A DNA stretch of 64,000 nt from Candidatus Hodarchaeota archaeon (GTDB lineage Archaea > Asgardarchaeota > Lokiarchaeia > Sigyniarchaeales > SOKP01): the NCBI GenBank assembly GCA_048887225.1, contig JBHLJY010000001.1:96001-160000 (forward strand). The letters run 5' to 3'. Positions 9,479 to 18,901 of the stretch are shown piece by piece. The notes beneath the pieces were generated by a model. That model saw nothing but the letters and a program-made list of their open reading frames with translations, did not search any database and was not told where the DNA came from. The translations under genes and the position numbers were made by a program. Each line of letters opens with the position of its first letter. The stretch's first letter is position 1.

Positions 9479-10708
9479 TTATTCTGCTAATTGAATACTA
9501 CAAGGAAAAACCGCTACCTTAGGAGAATTGCCATGGACTTTACTTAATTCACCAATTAATTTATCCCAATCATCAAATAATTTCACGGATTTTGGATAGA
9601 AATGATATAAATCAGAATTACTAATATTGGGGGAAAAAAAATAAACTTTTCTTTTCTTTACAAAAGCTCTCCATATAATCACATCACCAAAATTCTTATA
9701 TAATCTTGCACCTGTTTCAGCTATAAGACTATGATACCCACGGCCTTCATATGAGGAAGACATTAATACTATACTACCTTTTCTTTTTAGGATATTAGTA
9801 GGAGCCGTCATTAAAAGGTTAAAGCCTTTAATTGATTGATTTAATTCAGAATCTTCTGGAAATAAATTGAAGAAACAAATATTATTATCGAGAGTTATTT
9901 TGGTACTATACATCTGTTTAGCGGCTTCCATTGCTTTTCTGTGAGCGTTTCTAAAATGACCAGAAAAAATTCCTGCGATCTTTCCAGATTCATTCAATAA
10001 AATGTTAACTGAAAAATCTAAACCTACTTTTTCAGCAATTTCTTCAATATCTTTTCTTATATCTGTTATTCTCCCAATCCCCGCGCCAATTCCTCTAATT
10101 CCAGCAGAATGATTATCTTCAAGAGTACGAATCCCGCAAACTCCTGGCAATACAATTTTTGCTCCGCCTCCAAATCCTGCGAGTGGATGTGGGATAACAC
10201 CTCCTATAGCAATTTTTAAATCAGAATTACAATATGTTGTATTAACCTCTATTCTCGTACCTATTTTAGATTCTCCAAAATTCGTTGTATTTTCATAAGG
10301 ATGATGATTTTCTATTCTTATAGTATCCACTACTTCTCTTCCTAATTTAAGAATACAATCATGTCTATTCATAGGTCGGTGGGCTCCCAATGCCAGAATA
10401 ATGGTTATTTGTTCTCTTGTAATAGTTGCTTTTTCCAATTCTTCAAAAATGAATGGCAAAATTTTTGATACAGGAGTAGTCCTTGTCATATCATCCACCA
10501 CAATTACTACGTTTTCCTTTCCTTTCGCTAATTCTGATAATTTAGATGTATTTATAGGATTAAGAATTGATTCTTTAATTTTATTATCATCTATTTCAGG
10601 TCCACCTTTCATTTTACATAAACTTATGTCCCATGAGTCAGGAAATGACATTTCTAAAAATTCAGGCTCTCGCCACGCTGCCCAAGGGATTTTAAATGTC
10701 TTTACCAT
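9479..10708 (-). CDS. LarA-family (nickel-pincer) racemase/epimerase
   Basis: DDMTRTTP, ALGAHR, NHHP, PHPLAGFGGGAK (cofactor Lys), NH motif. Confidence 0.85.
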   Translation of the reverse strand: MVKTFKIPWAAWREPEFLEMSFPDSWDISLCKMKGGPEIDDNKIKESILNPINTSKLSELAKGKENVVIVVDDMTRTTPVSKILPFIFEELEKATITREQITIILALGAHRPMNRHDCILKLGREVVDTIRIENHHPYENTTNFGESKIGTRIEVNTTYCNSDLKIAIGGVIPHPLAGFGGGAKIVLPGVCGIRTLEDNHSAGIRGIGAGIGRITDIRKDIEEIAEKVGLDFSVNILLNESGKIAGIFSGHFRNAHRKAMEAAKQMYSTKITLDNNICFFNLFPEDSELNQSIKGFNLLMTAPTNILKRKGSIVLMSSSYEGRGYHSLIAETGARLYKNFGDVIIWRAFVKKRKVYFFSPNISNSDLYHFYPKSVKLFDDWDKLIGELSKVHGNSPKVAVFPCSIQLAE

Positions 10709-10873
10709 GTATCTTCACTTCAATATTTTTAATTTTTATTATTATTATTATTTCAATTCTCATAATTAATTAATTTTTTAAATTTCCCTTAAAATATAAA
10801 AATCATAAAGAATGGAATATTTACTTAAACATCAAATTTCTAAGAAAATATTCCCTATTTTACATTTACTCAA

Positions 10874-11695
10874 ATGATTGATAATATAAAGATTTTTGAT
10901 TCACACATGCATTACATAGGAAAATTTAAAAAAAGGGATGAAACATTAATTGATTTTTTAGACAGATTTGGAATTGATAAAGCAGTTGTTATTACGTTAA
11001 ATAAGGCTGCCAATAAAAATTTGCTAATTAGAAACGATAAAGAATTTAGCGAGAAAGAATATGCTGAGAAAATGTTTGCGAAGACTCAATATGATCACGA
11101 GGAAATTAGAGAACTAATTAAAAAAAATTCAGATAGATTAGTAGGGGTTTATTGGTTTAATCCGAGAATAGCAGATGACGAAGATTGGAAAATATTAAAA
11201 AGGTACATTAAAGACTACAATTTTAAAGGCGTAAAAATTCAGGCCTCGCTTGATAATTTGAAAATTCCAAAAGATTTGTTTCAATTAGCAGAATTTTGTA
11301 TAGATTTCGACTTACCACTATTCTTTCATTTCGGACCATCTTTTTTTTTCCAAGAGCCATTCCACGTTAAAGATGTTTATTCCTTAGTTAAAAAATACAG
11401 AGAGCTTAAATGTGTCGTTTTACATGCAGCATACACTATGGAATATTGTGTCAATTGTTTGAGATATTTTCCTAAGTGTTCTAATGTATATTTTGAAACG
11501 AGTTTATCTGTCCCGTATGGGATAAATATTTTGATTAAAGTCATGGGGAATCACCGGGTATTATATGGTTCCGATTCACCAGCAGCAACTACACCAGACA
11601 TAGAAATTAATAAAATCAGAATTCTTAATTTAGATAATAACACATTAGAAAGTGTATTTTATAACAATATAAGCAATCTTATAGGTGAAACCTAA
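10874..11695 (+). CDS. Amidohydrolase_2 family metal-dependent hydrolase
   Basis: FDSHMH, GVKI, FFHFG, LHAA, YFETS, YGSDSP. Confidence 0.9.
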   Translation: MIDNIKIFDSHMHYIGKFKKRDETLIDFLDRFGIDKAVVITLNKAANKNLLIRNDKEFSEKEYAEKMFAKTQYDHEEIRELIKKNSDRLVGVYWFNPRIADDEDWKILKRYIKDYNFKGVKIQASLDNLKIPKDLFQLAEFCIDFDLPLFFHFGPSFFFQEPFHVKDVYSLVKKYRELKCVVLHAAYTMEYCVNCLRYFPKCSNVYFETSLSVPYGINILIKVMGNHRVLYGSDSPAATTPDIEINKIRILNLDNNTLESVFYNNISNLIGET

Positions 11696-12555
11696 TAAAT
11701 CAATTTAAAATATTTGATTCACATATGCATTCTTATGGCAAGTTCTTAAGTCCTAATAAAGATGTACTAGAATACATGGATAGATATAATGTTGAAAAAG
11801 CAATAATTACAACAGTGAATAGAGTAAAATTTTTTTCAGAAGAAAATAAAGACCAAATGAAAAGAATGTTTGAGAGTAAAAATATATCGGATATTTTAGA
11901 TAATTTCAAAAAAGTTATTTTAAGAGGACAGCTCCCTCATCACGATGTAATAGATATCGCAAATAAAGCACCTGACAGAATTTTTAAACTTTTTTGGTTT
12001 AATCCTAATTTAAAACAAGAAGAGGAAGAATCAAATTATCAAATTTTAGAAAATCATTTTAAACAAGGATTCTGTGGAGTAAAAATTCACCCAATGTTTC
12101 ATATGTTTAAAATCCCTAGAGATATTTTAAAATTGGCCTCTTTTATTCAAGAATATAACAAAAATTTGATATTGTTCGTACATTCTCTACCTAAAGTCTC
12201 ACTACATAGTGGGGTTTCAAGTAAAGATATAGCAAAATTAGCAATAAAGTTTCCTGATTTGCGAATAATTGTTGGGCATGCCGCATATTCAATGGAATAT
12301 AGTATTGATGTAGCCTTTATTTTAAGAAAATTTAAGAATGTTTACTTTGAAACATCTGCTTCAGCATCATATGGGATATATAATATACTTAAAGCAGTTG
12401 GCCATAAACGCATATTATTCGGTTCTGACAGTCCAGTTGTATCTCCAGTTCAGCTTGAAATCGACAAAATATTGACATTGCCAATATCTAATATGGAAAA
12501 ACAAGAGATATTATACAACAATGTAAGTAAGCTACTTGAATTTTGTCGAAAATAA
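11695..12555 (+). CDS. Amidohydrolase_2 family hydrolase (tandem paralog), probable ATA start
   Basis: Frame extends upstream of ATG 11725 as INQFKIFDSHMH, completing the HxH motif; GVKIHP, GHAA, YFETS, FGSDSP. Confidence 0.85.
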   Translation: MNQFKIFDSHMHSYGKFLSPNKDVLEYMDRYNVEKAIITTVNRVKFFSEENKDQMKRMFESKNISDILDNFKKVILRGQLPHHDVIDIANKAPDRIFKLFWFNPNLKQEEEESNYQILENHFKQGFCGVKIHPMFHMFKIPRDILKLASFIQEYNKNLILFVHSLPKVSLHSGVSSKDIAKLAIKFPDLRIIVGHAAYSMEYSIDVAFILRKFKNVYFETSASASYGIYNILKAVGHKRILFGSDSPVVSPVQLEIDKILTLPISNMEKQEILYNNVSKLLEFCRK

Positions 12556-12713
12556 TTTTATTATTAACCAATTAATTTTTATTGGTTTTTTAATTAATTT
12601 TTGCAATCATTATTATTGATTAAACTTCTTATTTTCATTTTAATAATAAAATAATTAAAGTATGTAAATCCTTTTTATTATTAAATAATTAAAAATTATT
12701 TTATGTTGATTAA

Positions 12714-13250
12714 GTGGAATTTAATAAATCGAATCACAAGATATTAGAAATTTCTAAAGTAGACGACAAAATCATAAAAAAGTTAATCGATAATTTGAAA
12801 TTGGATTTATCTGATAACTTTTTTATTTCCTTTGAAAGTCTAATAAAGCTAGGAAAAAAGGCTGAATCTGCATTAGAAACCGTTATTCATGAAATAGACG
12901 ATCATCATCAATTTAAAAAAGAAATATTTAATCTACTTCTGAATTTTATTAAAAACAACGAAATTGAAAATCCTTTATTACTTAAATTATATCATCCTGA
13001 TTTTATTGTTCGAGCAAATGCTCTAGTGCAAATTGAAAAAAATGACGCTTTAAAAAATCTTAATTTCATTTTGCCATTAATATCAGATCCAGATGATTCT
13101 GTGCGTTGGGCAGTTATGAGATTACTAGATTCACTTAATCAATCAGAAAATCAAAATCAAATTATTTTTAAAAAATTAAAAAAGCAAGTAGAGATTGAAC
13201 CAAATCCAGTAATTCAAAAAAAAATTAAAAAGATATTAAAAATAGCATAA
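12714..13250 (+). CDS. HEAT-repeat protein
   Basis: LYHPDFIVRANAL, LISDPDDSVRWAV, EPNPVIQ repeat signatures. Confidence 0.75.
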   Translation: MEFNKSNHKILEISKVDDKIIKKLIDNLKLDLSDNFFISFESLIKLGKKAESALETVIHEIDDHHQFKKEIFNLLLNFIKNNEIENPLLLKLYHPDFIVRANALVQIEKNDALKNLNFILPLISDPDDSVRWAVMRLLDSLNQSENQNQIIFKKLKKQVEIEPNPVIQKKIKKILKIA

Positions 13251-13273
13251 GAGTTTTTAAGATATTCTTTTAT

Positions 13274-14296
13274 TTAGAAAAGATTTTCAACAAATCTAAA
13301 TGCAAATCCCTTTAGAACTGGCTTTAAATCATTAACCCAAGCAGCTCCATCTAACTCTTTTATTTTATGAATAGATCTGAATTCTGTTAACACATTTGAA
13401 ATTAATTTTTTCAAGACATCTAAAGAGCTAGGTTTTCTCATTTGTTCAGTTAATCCTGAGTTTATGTAATCTGCTAGAGATTGAATTAAAATATCCTTGA
13501 ATTCTTCATATTTATAAAATTTACCAAATCTAAAATATGAATGTAAAAATTGTGAAACAGCGTTTTCAATTTCGATTGATCTAATTTTCTTTTTATCGAA
13601 ACAATATGTTTTAATCAATCTTTCTAATAATGATCCATTAAATTCAAAGACTATTTTCTTTTTAGGAGCAAAATATTGTGTCGGCGTTAAGTCCTTCATT
13701 TGTTTTTCTTCTTTTCTAGATGATAATACTCCCTCATAATCTTTTTTAATAATTTCTGACAAGCCAGCGCGTAGTGTCATTATTTTTGTATCTATTCTCT
13801 CATTTTCTTTAAATATTGTTGGAACCTTATTCTTATGCTTTTCTAAGATTTGAGAAACATTAAAGTCCTTAGCTTCAAAAGTTGCGAAAAATATATCGTA
13901 AAGCGTACTAATCTCATATTCTTTAATATTATTTTTAAGCAATTTCCTCATATAATTATCATAATTAAGGAAAAAGAGAAATATACAATCGTCAACCGCT
14001 AAGTTAAAATTAGAATATTGTGCTCTTATAAGATATTTCTTGTATTCCAAGCGAATTTTTTGAGCTCGGATCCATTCGAATGCAAAATCAAGTATTTTTT
14101 TTTCTATTTTTCCTTTATAATGATTAAGAATACTGGCTATTTCATCTATAGATTCTCCAATTGATTGATTATTTAGGAATTTTGCAATAATCTTTAGTGG
14201 ATCTAAAAAAGAAAATTGATTTTTAATTCTTTCATAGTAATTATATAAACGTGCCTTATCAATCTTGTAAACTTGTTCAAATTTGATTTCTTCCAT
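13274..14296 (-). CDS. Hypothetical, predominantly alpha-helical protein
   Basis: 340-aa ORF, co-oriented with the upstream gene (27-bp gap); no recognised motif. Confidence 0.6.
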   Translation of the reverse strand: MEEIKFEQVYKIDKARLYNYYERIKNQFSFLDPLKIIAKFLNNQSIGESIDEIASILNHYKGKIEKKILDFAFEWIRAQKIRLEYKKYLIRAQYSNFNLAVDDCIFLFFLNYDNYMRKLLKNNIKEYEISTLYDIFFATFEAKDFNVSQILEKHKNKVPTIFKENERIDTKIMTLRAGLSEIIKKDYEGVLSSRKEEKQMKDLTPTQYFAPKKKIVFEFNGSLLERLIKTYCFDKKKIRSIEIENAVSQFLHSYFRFGKFYKYEEFKDILIQSLADYINSGLTEQMRKPSSLDVLKKLISNVLTEFRSIHKIKELDGAAWVNDLKPVLKGFAFRFVENLF

Positions 14297-14323
14297 ATCT
14301 TCTTTCTTTACAATAATCTTAAA

Positions 14324-15364
14324 TTAATCTATAATATCAAGGCATGACTTAATTTTATTTAGATCCTCATCTGAAGATGTACACCATTTTTCATTGGAGA
14401 GCCGTGGATTAAGATTATGAATTAATTCAATAGGATTTTTATGCTCGTCTAAAATAAATCTTAAATTTCTTTTATAAAATGATAAATTATTATTATTATC
14501 AGTAAACTCATTTTCAGGAATTAAAATACCTCCATAACTTTTTTTTACACTATTTTCGACTGAATATTCTTCTAAATAAATCATGTGTTTATCTTGTTGA
14601 CTTAATTTTATCGTTCTAACATTAGGATAAACTGTAGTCATGTTAAATAATTTTAAAGTCTCGTTTATTAGATTTTCATAATAATCTGGAATAATTGCAG
14701 TAATATAATAAGAAGGAGTATAAGATAAAAGTTGTTTTCTTAAAAGATCATCTTTATCAAAAGTAAAAAGATGAGAAATTTTTGACCCATCATCATTTAT
14801 TATTCTTTCTATTACTCCAACGCAATAGTACTTTTGTTGTTCTTCCCAGTACATTTTTCTTGTAGCACCTAGCGAATATTCAATTAGATTAAGTCCACGT
14901 TCCAATTCCTTTTTAATAAAATCTTTGAAATTAAAATCTCCTCCTAATAGACTCTCATTTACGATTCTACCTTGGATGATACTAGGGTGAATATATTCAA
15001 CTAATTTAGTATGTAATAATTTGACATCTTCAGTATGAGGAGAACCAATTAAAGCGGAGAGATGAGTAGGCAACCCATCTTCGGAAATAATTGTAGAATT
15101 AAGATTGAAGAAAGATTGAATAATATCAACATCCATTAATATATCTTGGTGTAAAGATAAAGTAGATTCTATAAATTCAATTTTCCAATTGGCTCCAGAG
15201 GTGCTGGCTGAAGTTAAAAATAATGGCCCTAAATATTTATATGAAGTCATTTTTAAATTTGAAATTGCATCTTCGGATAATCCCTCTGAAAATTTAATAT
15301 TGTCGAAAACTAAATTATTTTCGTCAGAAAAAAACAATCCTAGGATAAATTCTGAGTTTTTCAT
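14324..15364 (-). CDS. Hypothetical protein, possible tandem longin/uDENN-like domains
   Basis: 346-aa ORF; two segments with an apparent beta-beta-alpha-beta-beta-beta-alpha hydrophobicity pattern (fold is inference). Confidence 0.45.
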   Translation of the reverse strand: MKNSEFILGLFFSDENNLVFDNIKFSEGLSEDAISNLKMTSYKYLGPLFLTSASTSGANWKIEFIESTLSLHQDILMDVDIIQSFFNLNSTIISEDGLPTHLSALIGSPHTEDVKLLHTKLVEYIHPSIIQGRIVNESLLGGDFNFKDFIKKELERGLNLIEYSLGATRKMYWEEQQKYYCVGVIERIINDDGSKISHLFTFDKDDLLRKQLLSYTPSYYITAIIPDYYENLINETLKLFNMTTVYPNVRTIKLSQQDKHMIYLEEYSVENSVKKSYGGILIPENEFTDNNNNLSFYKRNLRFILDEHKNPIELIHNLNPRLSNEKWCTSSDEDLNKIKSCLDIID

Positions 15365-15410
15365 AAGCTAGTAAGAAAGTTTTATTTTTAGCGGCATTAA
15401 GTCCGTTTAT

Positions 15411-15430
15411 TAGACAAATCCTAGACAAAT
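15411..15430. repeat. Direct repeat TAGACAAAT x2 (11-bp period) in a divergent promoter region
   Basis: Copies at 15411-15419 and 15422-15430. Confidence 0.55.
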
Positions 15431-15608
15431 AATAAAATATAAATTTATAAGTTTTAGGTTTTCAAAAATTTTCGTTCCTTTCTGTCAAATGATAATTTTT
15501 TTTAGTTTTTTACAATAATTATTCTTTTTCACAATAAAAATTAATTCAATAGGTAATTATGAGAACTTATGAGTATTAATATTAATTGTTATAAAATGTT
15601 TTATTGCA

Positions 15609-16436
15609 ATGATTAAATTAGCTATAAATCAAAATTCGTGCAAAAATCTTTCATTGTTAAGATTTATTAAATTTTCAAAAGATTTTAAGGGAGTAGAATT
15701 AAATTTTAAAGAGATTAAAAAAGAGGTCTCTGAAAATGTTAAATTAAAAGACATTTTAGAAACCTTAGAAAGATACAATCTTAAAGTATATAGCATTTTT
15801 AGTCTAAAGGATTTTTCATTATGCTCAGAAAGAGATTTTAAAATTAAAATCCTTAGTAATTTAATCCAAATGTTTAATTTCTGTCATAAATTAGAATCAG
15901 AGTTAATAATTGTCAATCCTTCTAAACTTGAATTTTCCTTAGAATCTGACATAGTACCAAAATGGAGAGTTATTAATAAAACAAGAAAAAGACTTGAAGA
16001 AATTTTAAAAAAAGCAAATAGTGAAGATATTAATATAGGCTTTGAATTTTTATCTGATAGTTCAATATCAACCTTAAGCGATGCTAAAGAAGTTTTAGAA
16101 CCTTTTGAATCGCATGAAAATTTAGGGTATATTATAGATTTATTCCATGTAGTTAAAAGTGGATCAGATCATAATCAGCTTAAAATTATTAAAGATTTTA
16201 TCTTTTTAATTCAATTATGTGATTTAGAATACGATAAAGAAAACATAACAGATACATCCAGCTCTTTAGTAAAAAGAGTTTTCCCAGGAGAAGGTTATTA
16301 TGAATTAAAAGATTTTATAAAATTTTCTCAAAAAATAGGGTATCTCAAAACATATTCTCTAGAATTATCGAAATATGAATGTTCAGATAATTTATATAAA
16401 AAATTGCATATTTATTATCTAAACAATATTCAATAG
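15609..16436 (+). CDS. Xylose-isomerase-like TIM barrel (sugar phosphate isomerase/epimerase family)
   Basis: GVEL, GFEF, IIDLFH, IQLCD, FPGEG, YSLEL. Confidence 0.75.
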   Translation: MIKLAINQNSCKNLSLLRFIKFSKDFKGVELNFKEIKKEVSENVKLKDILETLERYNLKVYSIFSLKDFSLCSERDFKIKILSNLIQMFNFCHKLESELIIVNPSKLEFSLESDIVPKWRVINKTRKRLEEILKKANSEDINIGFEFLSDSSISTLSDAKEVLEPFESHENLGYIIDLFHVVKSGSDHNQLKIIKDFIFLIQLCDLEYDKENITDTSSSLVKRVFPGEGYYELKDFIKFSQKIGYLKTYSLELSKYECSDNLYKKLHIYYLNNIQ

Positions 16437-16502
16437 CTTAAGATTATATTATAAAATTCCTATTATATCATAATAACCAATTAAATAGTTTTATGATCTT
16501 TA

Positions 16503-17027
16503 ATGACTACTTATGACTATACGTTTAAGATCTTGTTGTTAGGCGATGCTTCAGTGGGAAAAACTTCGTTCACTAAGAGGTATTGCTATAATGTCTTCAA
16601 TCCTAGCGAACGTTTGACGATAGGAGTCGATTTTCACGTAAAAACCATCGAGTTGCATAATAAAAAAATAAAATTACAAATTTGGGACGTTGGTGGAGAA
16701 GAGCGTTTTAGATTCCTGCTACCTACGTATTGCCTTGGCGCGAACGCGGCGTTTCTGTTGTATGATATTACGAGAGCTCCCACTTTAGATAATATACCAG
16801 AATGGACTTCTATAGTAAGGGAAAAGGGAGGCTCAATCCCTATTATGTTAGTTGGTTCAAAAGTCGATCTTGCTGAATCTCAGCGGGAAATTCCTACAGA
16901 ACATGGTGTTCAAATTGCCGAGAAAAATAATTTTTCTGATTTTGTCGAGATTTCAGCAAAAGAAAATCTTAACGTTAACAATGCCTTTAAAGATCTAACT
17001 GAGTTTACTATTCAAAATATGAAATAA
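16503..17027 (+). CDS. Rab-like small GTPase (eukaryotic signature protein)
   Basis: G1 GDASVGKT, G2 TIGVDF, G3 WDVGGEERF, G4 SKVD, G5 SAK; no C-terminal Cys prenylation motif. Confidence 0.93.
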   Translation: MTTYDYTFKILLLGDASVGKTSFTKRYCYNVFNPSERLTIGVDFHVKTIELHNKKIKLQIWDVGGEERFRFLLPTYCLGANAAFLLYDITRAPTLDNIPEWTSIVREKGGSIPIMLVGSKVDLAESQREIPTEHGVQIAEKNNFSDFVEISAKENLNVNNAFKDLTEFTIQNMK

Positions 17028-17046
17028 AAAATAAATAGATTATTCT

Positions 17047-18012
17047 ATGACCACACAAGACGAATTTATTCAAATATCGAATTTATTCAATTCATTAGGC
17101 ATAATTGAAAAAGGTATTGAACGAGTTTATCATTATTTGTTAAAAAATAAAAGAATTGATAATTTAAAAGAAGTCTGTGATCAGTATGATCTATCTTTAA
17201 AAAGAGGTTATAAAATCTGTTCTGTATTGAACGATTTAGAATTAGTTCAAATTTACGATAGACCAATGAAAGTCAATTTAACAACTCCTCTTGTCTCGAT
17301 TTGGCAAAAATTGATCAACAAGCGTATAGAAGCCTTGAAATATGAATTTGAGGACGAAAAGCAGCGATGTTCTGTTTATCTTGACGAATTTATTAAACAA
17401 TATAATTTGAAATCCTTAGAGGCTCCACAAGAGCCTGTAGAATTGCTTCTTTTCGATATTAAAAAAATCGATGAGATGTATTATCCATTTTTAACCCGCA
17501 GTGAATGTAAAATTGCGGCAGGTATTAGATACGAAAATCCATTAATTTCTTTCATCAGGACCAATTCGATAGAAGAGATCGGAAAGAACTTAAAAAAGTC
17601 TATAATAGAAAGTATGAATAAAATTAAAGAAAACCTCAGTAATATTAATATAAAAGTTGTTTTTAATAACGAGTTAATTATTGAATTGCTAACAAGTAAA
17701 GAATTTGCGGTTTTATACGAACAAATCGAACCTGTTGAATTTGAATTTAAAAGCCTTAAAGTTCATATAACAGAAGAACACTTTAGTAATTTTATTTTAA
17801 CCGATGAAGAGTTAATCCAGCCAAGTTTCGATCCTACCAACAAGCTAATGGGTTCTTTTATATCTCGCAACGAAAATATTTATCACATTTTTTATGCTAA
17901 ATTTAACGAGTTATTTGAAAAAGGAATTCCGATAAATAATTTTATCTCAATATCTGATATTTCAATTAATTCCCTATCGGAAAAACAAACATTTACCTTG
18001 TGTTTATTGTAA
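17047..18012 (+). CDS. TrmB-like transcriptional regulator
   Basis: N-terminal wHTH (LGI..RVYHYLL...YKICSVLNDLELVQ...RP) followed by a coiled coil and an effector-like domain. Confidence 0.6.
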   Translation: MTTQDEFIQISNLFNSLGIIEKGIERVYHYLLKNKRIDNLKEVCDQYDLSLKRGYKICSVLNDLELVQIYDRPMKVNLTTPLVSIWQKLINKRIEALKYEFEDEKQRCSVYLDEFIKQYNLKSLEAPQEPVELLLFDIKKIDEMYYPFLTRSECKIAAGIRYENPLISFIRTNSIEEIGKNLKKSIIESMNKIKENLSNINIKVVFNNELIIELLTSKEFAVLYEQIEPVEFEFKSLKVHITEEHFSNFILTDEELIQPSFDPTNKLMGSFISRNENIYHIFYAKFNELFEKGIPINNFISISDISINSLSEKQTFTLCLL

Positions 18013-18097
18013 AAATCATTCAATTAACTATTGTTTAAATAATAGCCCCAGCACTAATTTTTAAAAATAAAAAAGAAAGCAAAAATAGTGATAGATT

Positions 18098-18832
18098 ATG
18101 TCAGAAAAAGTATTGTATGTAGAATTAACACCTCGAGAATTTAAGGAGCGATTATTAAAGGCTCCGATTGCATATTTACCTTTAGGTACTCTTGAATGGC
18201 ATGGTAGGCATATGCCATTGGGAGCAGATGGATTGATATCTTCTGGATTTTTTATAGAACTTGCGAAGAAGGTTGGTGGAATAGTTCTTCCAATGCTCTT
18301 TTTAGGACCCGACAATTCAAGAATTGTTGATGGAAAAGAATATTATGGGATGGATATTAAAAGTTATCCTTCGCAGCACCCTCAAAAACTTTTAGGTAGT
18401 GCTTATTGGATAAATAAAAAGCTTTTTAGGGATGTCCTTATAGAAATCTTAAAACAACTTAAAAGGGCAAGTTTTAAAATTGTTGTAGCACATGGCCATG
18501 GTCCATCTACATTGGTTTTCTATAAGAGTATTAAAAAATGGAGGAAAGAATTTGGTCTTGAGCTTTTTATATGCTGGAGAGATAAAGAAACAGATGGGCT
18601 TGGAATACAAACGGATCATGCTGCTGCAAATGAAACATCCCTTATGATGGCTTTAAGACCAGATCTCGTCAAAATTGAAAATCTTTCAAAGGAAAAGGAT
18701 AAAAAACCACTTGGACTTCAGGGCAAAGATCCCCGTGAATTTGCGAGCTCTGAGAAGGGAAAGAGAATAATATCTTTACAAATAGAGCGAATAGCAGAAA
18801 TTCTTAAAGAAACATTAAATAAAATTAATTAA
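18098..18832 (+). CDS. Creatininase/creatinine amidohydrolase family protein
   Basis: LPLGTLEWHGRHMPLGAD, HGHG, DHAAANETS. Confidence 0.92.
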   Translation: MSEKVLYVELTPREFKERLLKAPIAYLPLGTLEWHGRHMPLGADGLISSGFFIELAKKVGGIVLPMLFLGPDNSRIVDGKEYYGMDIKSYPSQHPQKLLGSAYWINKKLFRDVLIEILKQLKRASFKIVVAHGHGPSTLVFYKSIKKWRKEFGLELFICWRDKETDGLGIQTDHAAANETSLMMALRPDLVKIENLSKEKDKKPLGLQGKDPREFASSEKGKRIISLQIERIAEILKETLNKIN

Positions 18833-18901
18833 GAGATCATAAGTTATAGTATGATGATATTTTTGATTCTTTTAAATATTTAATTATAAAAGTATATTGT
18901 C

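Noticed and set aside
12567-12588. Inverted repeat AACCAAT-N8-ATTGGTT after the amidohydrolase stop
   Set aside because: Short and AT-rich; cannot distinguish terminator, operator or chance.
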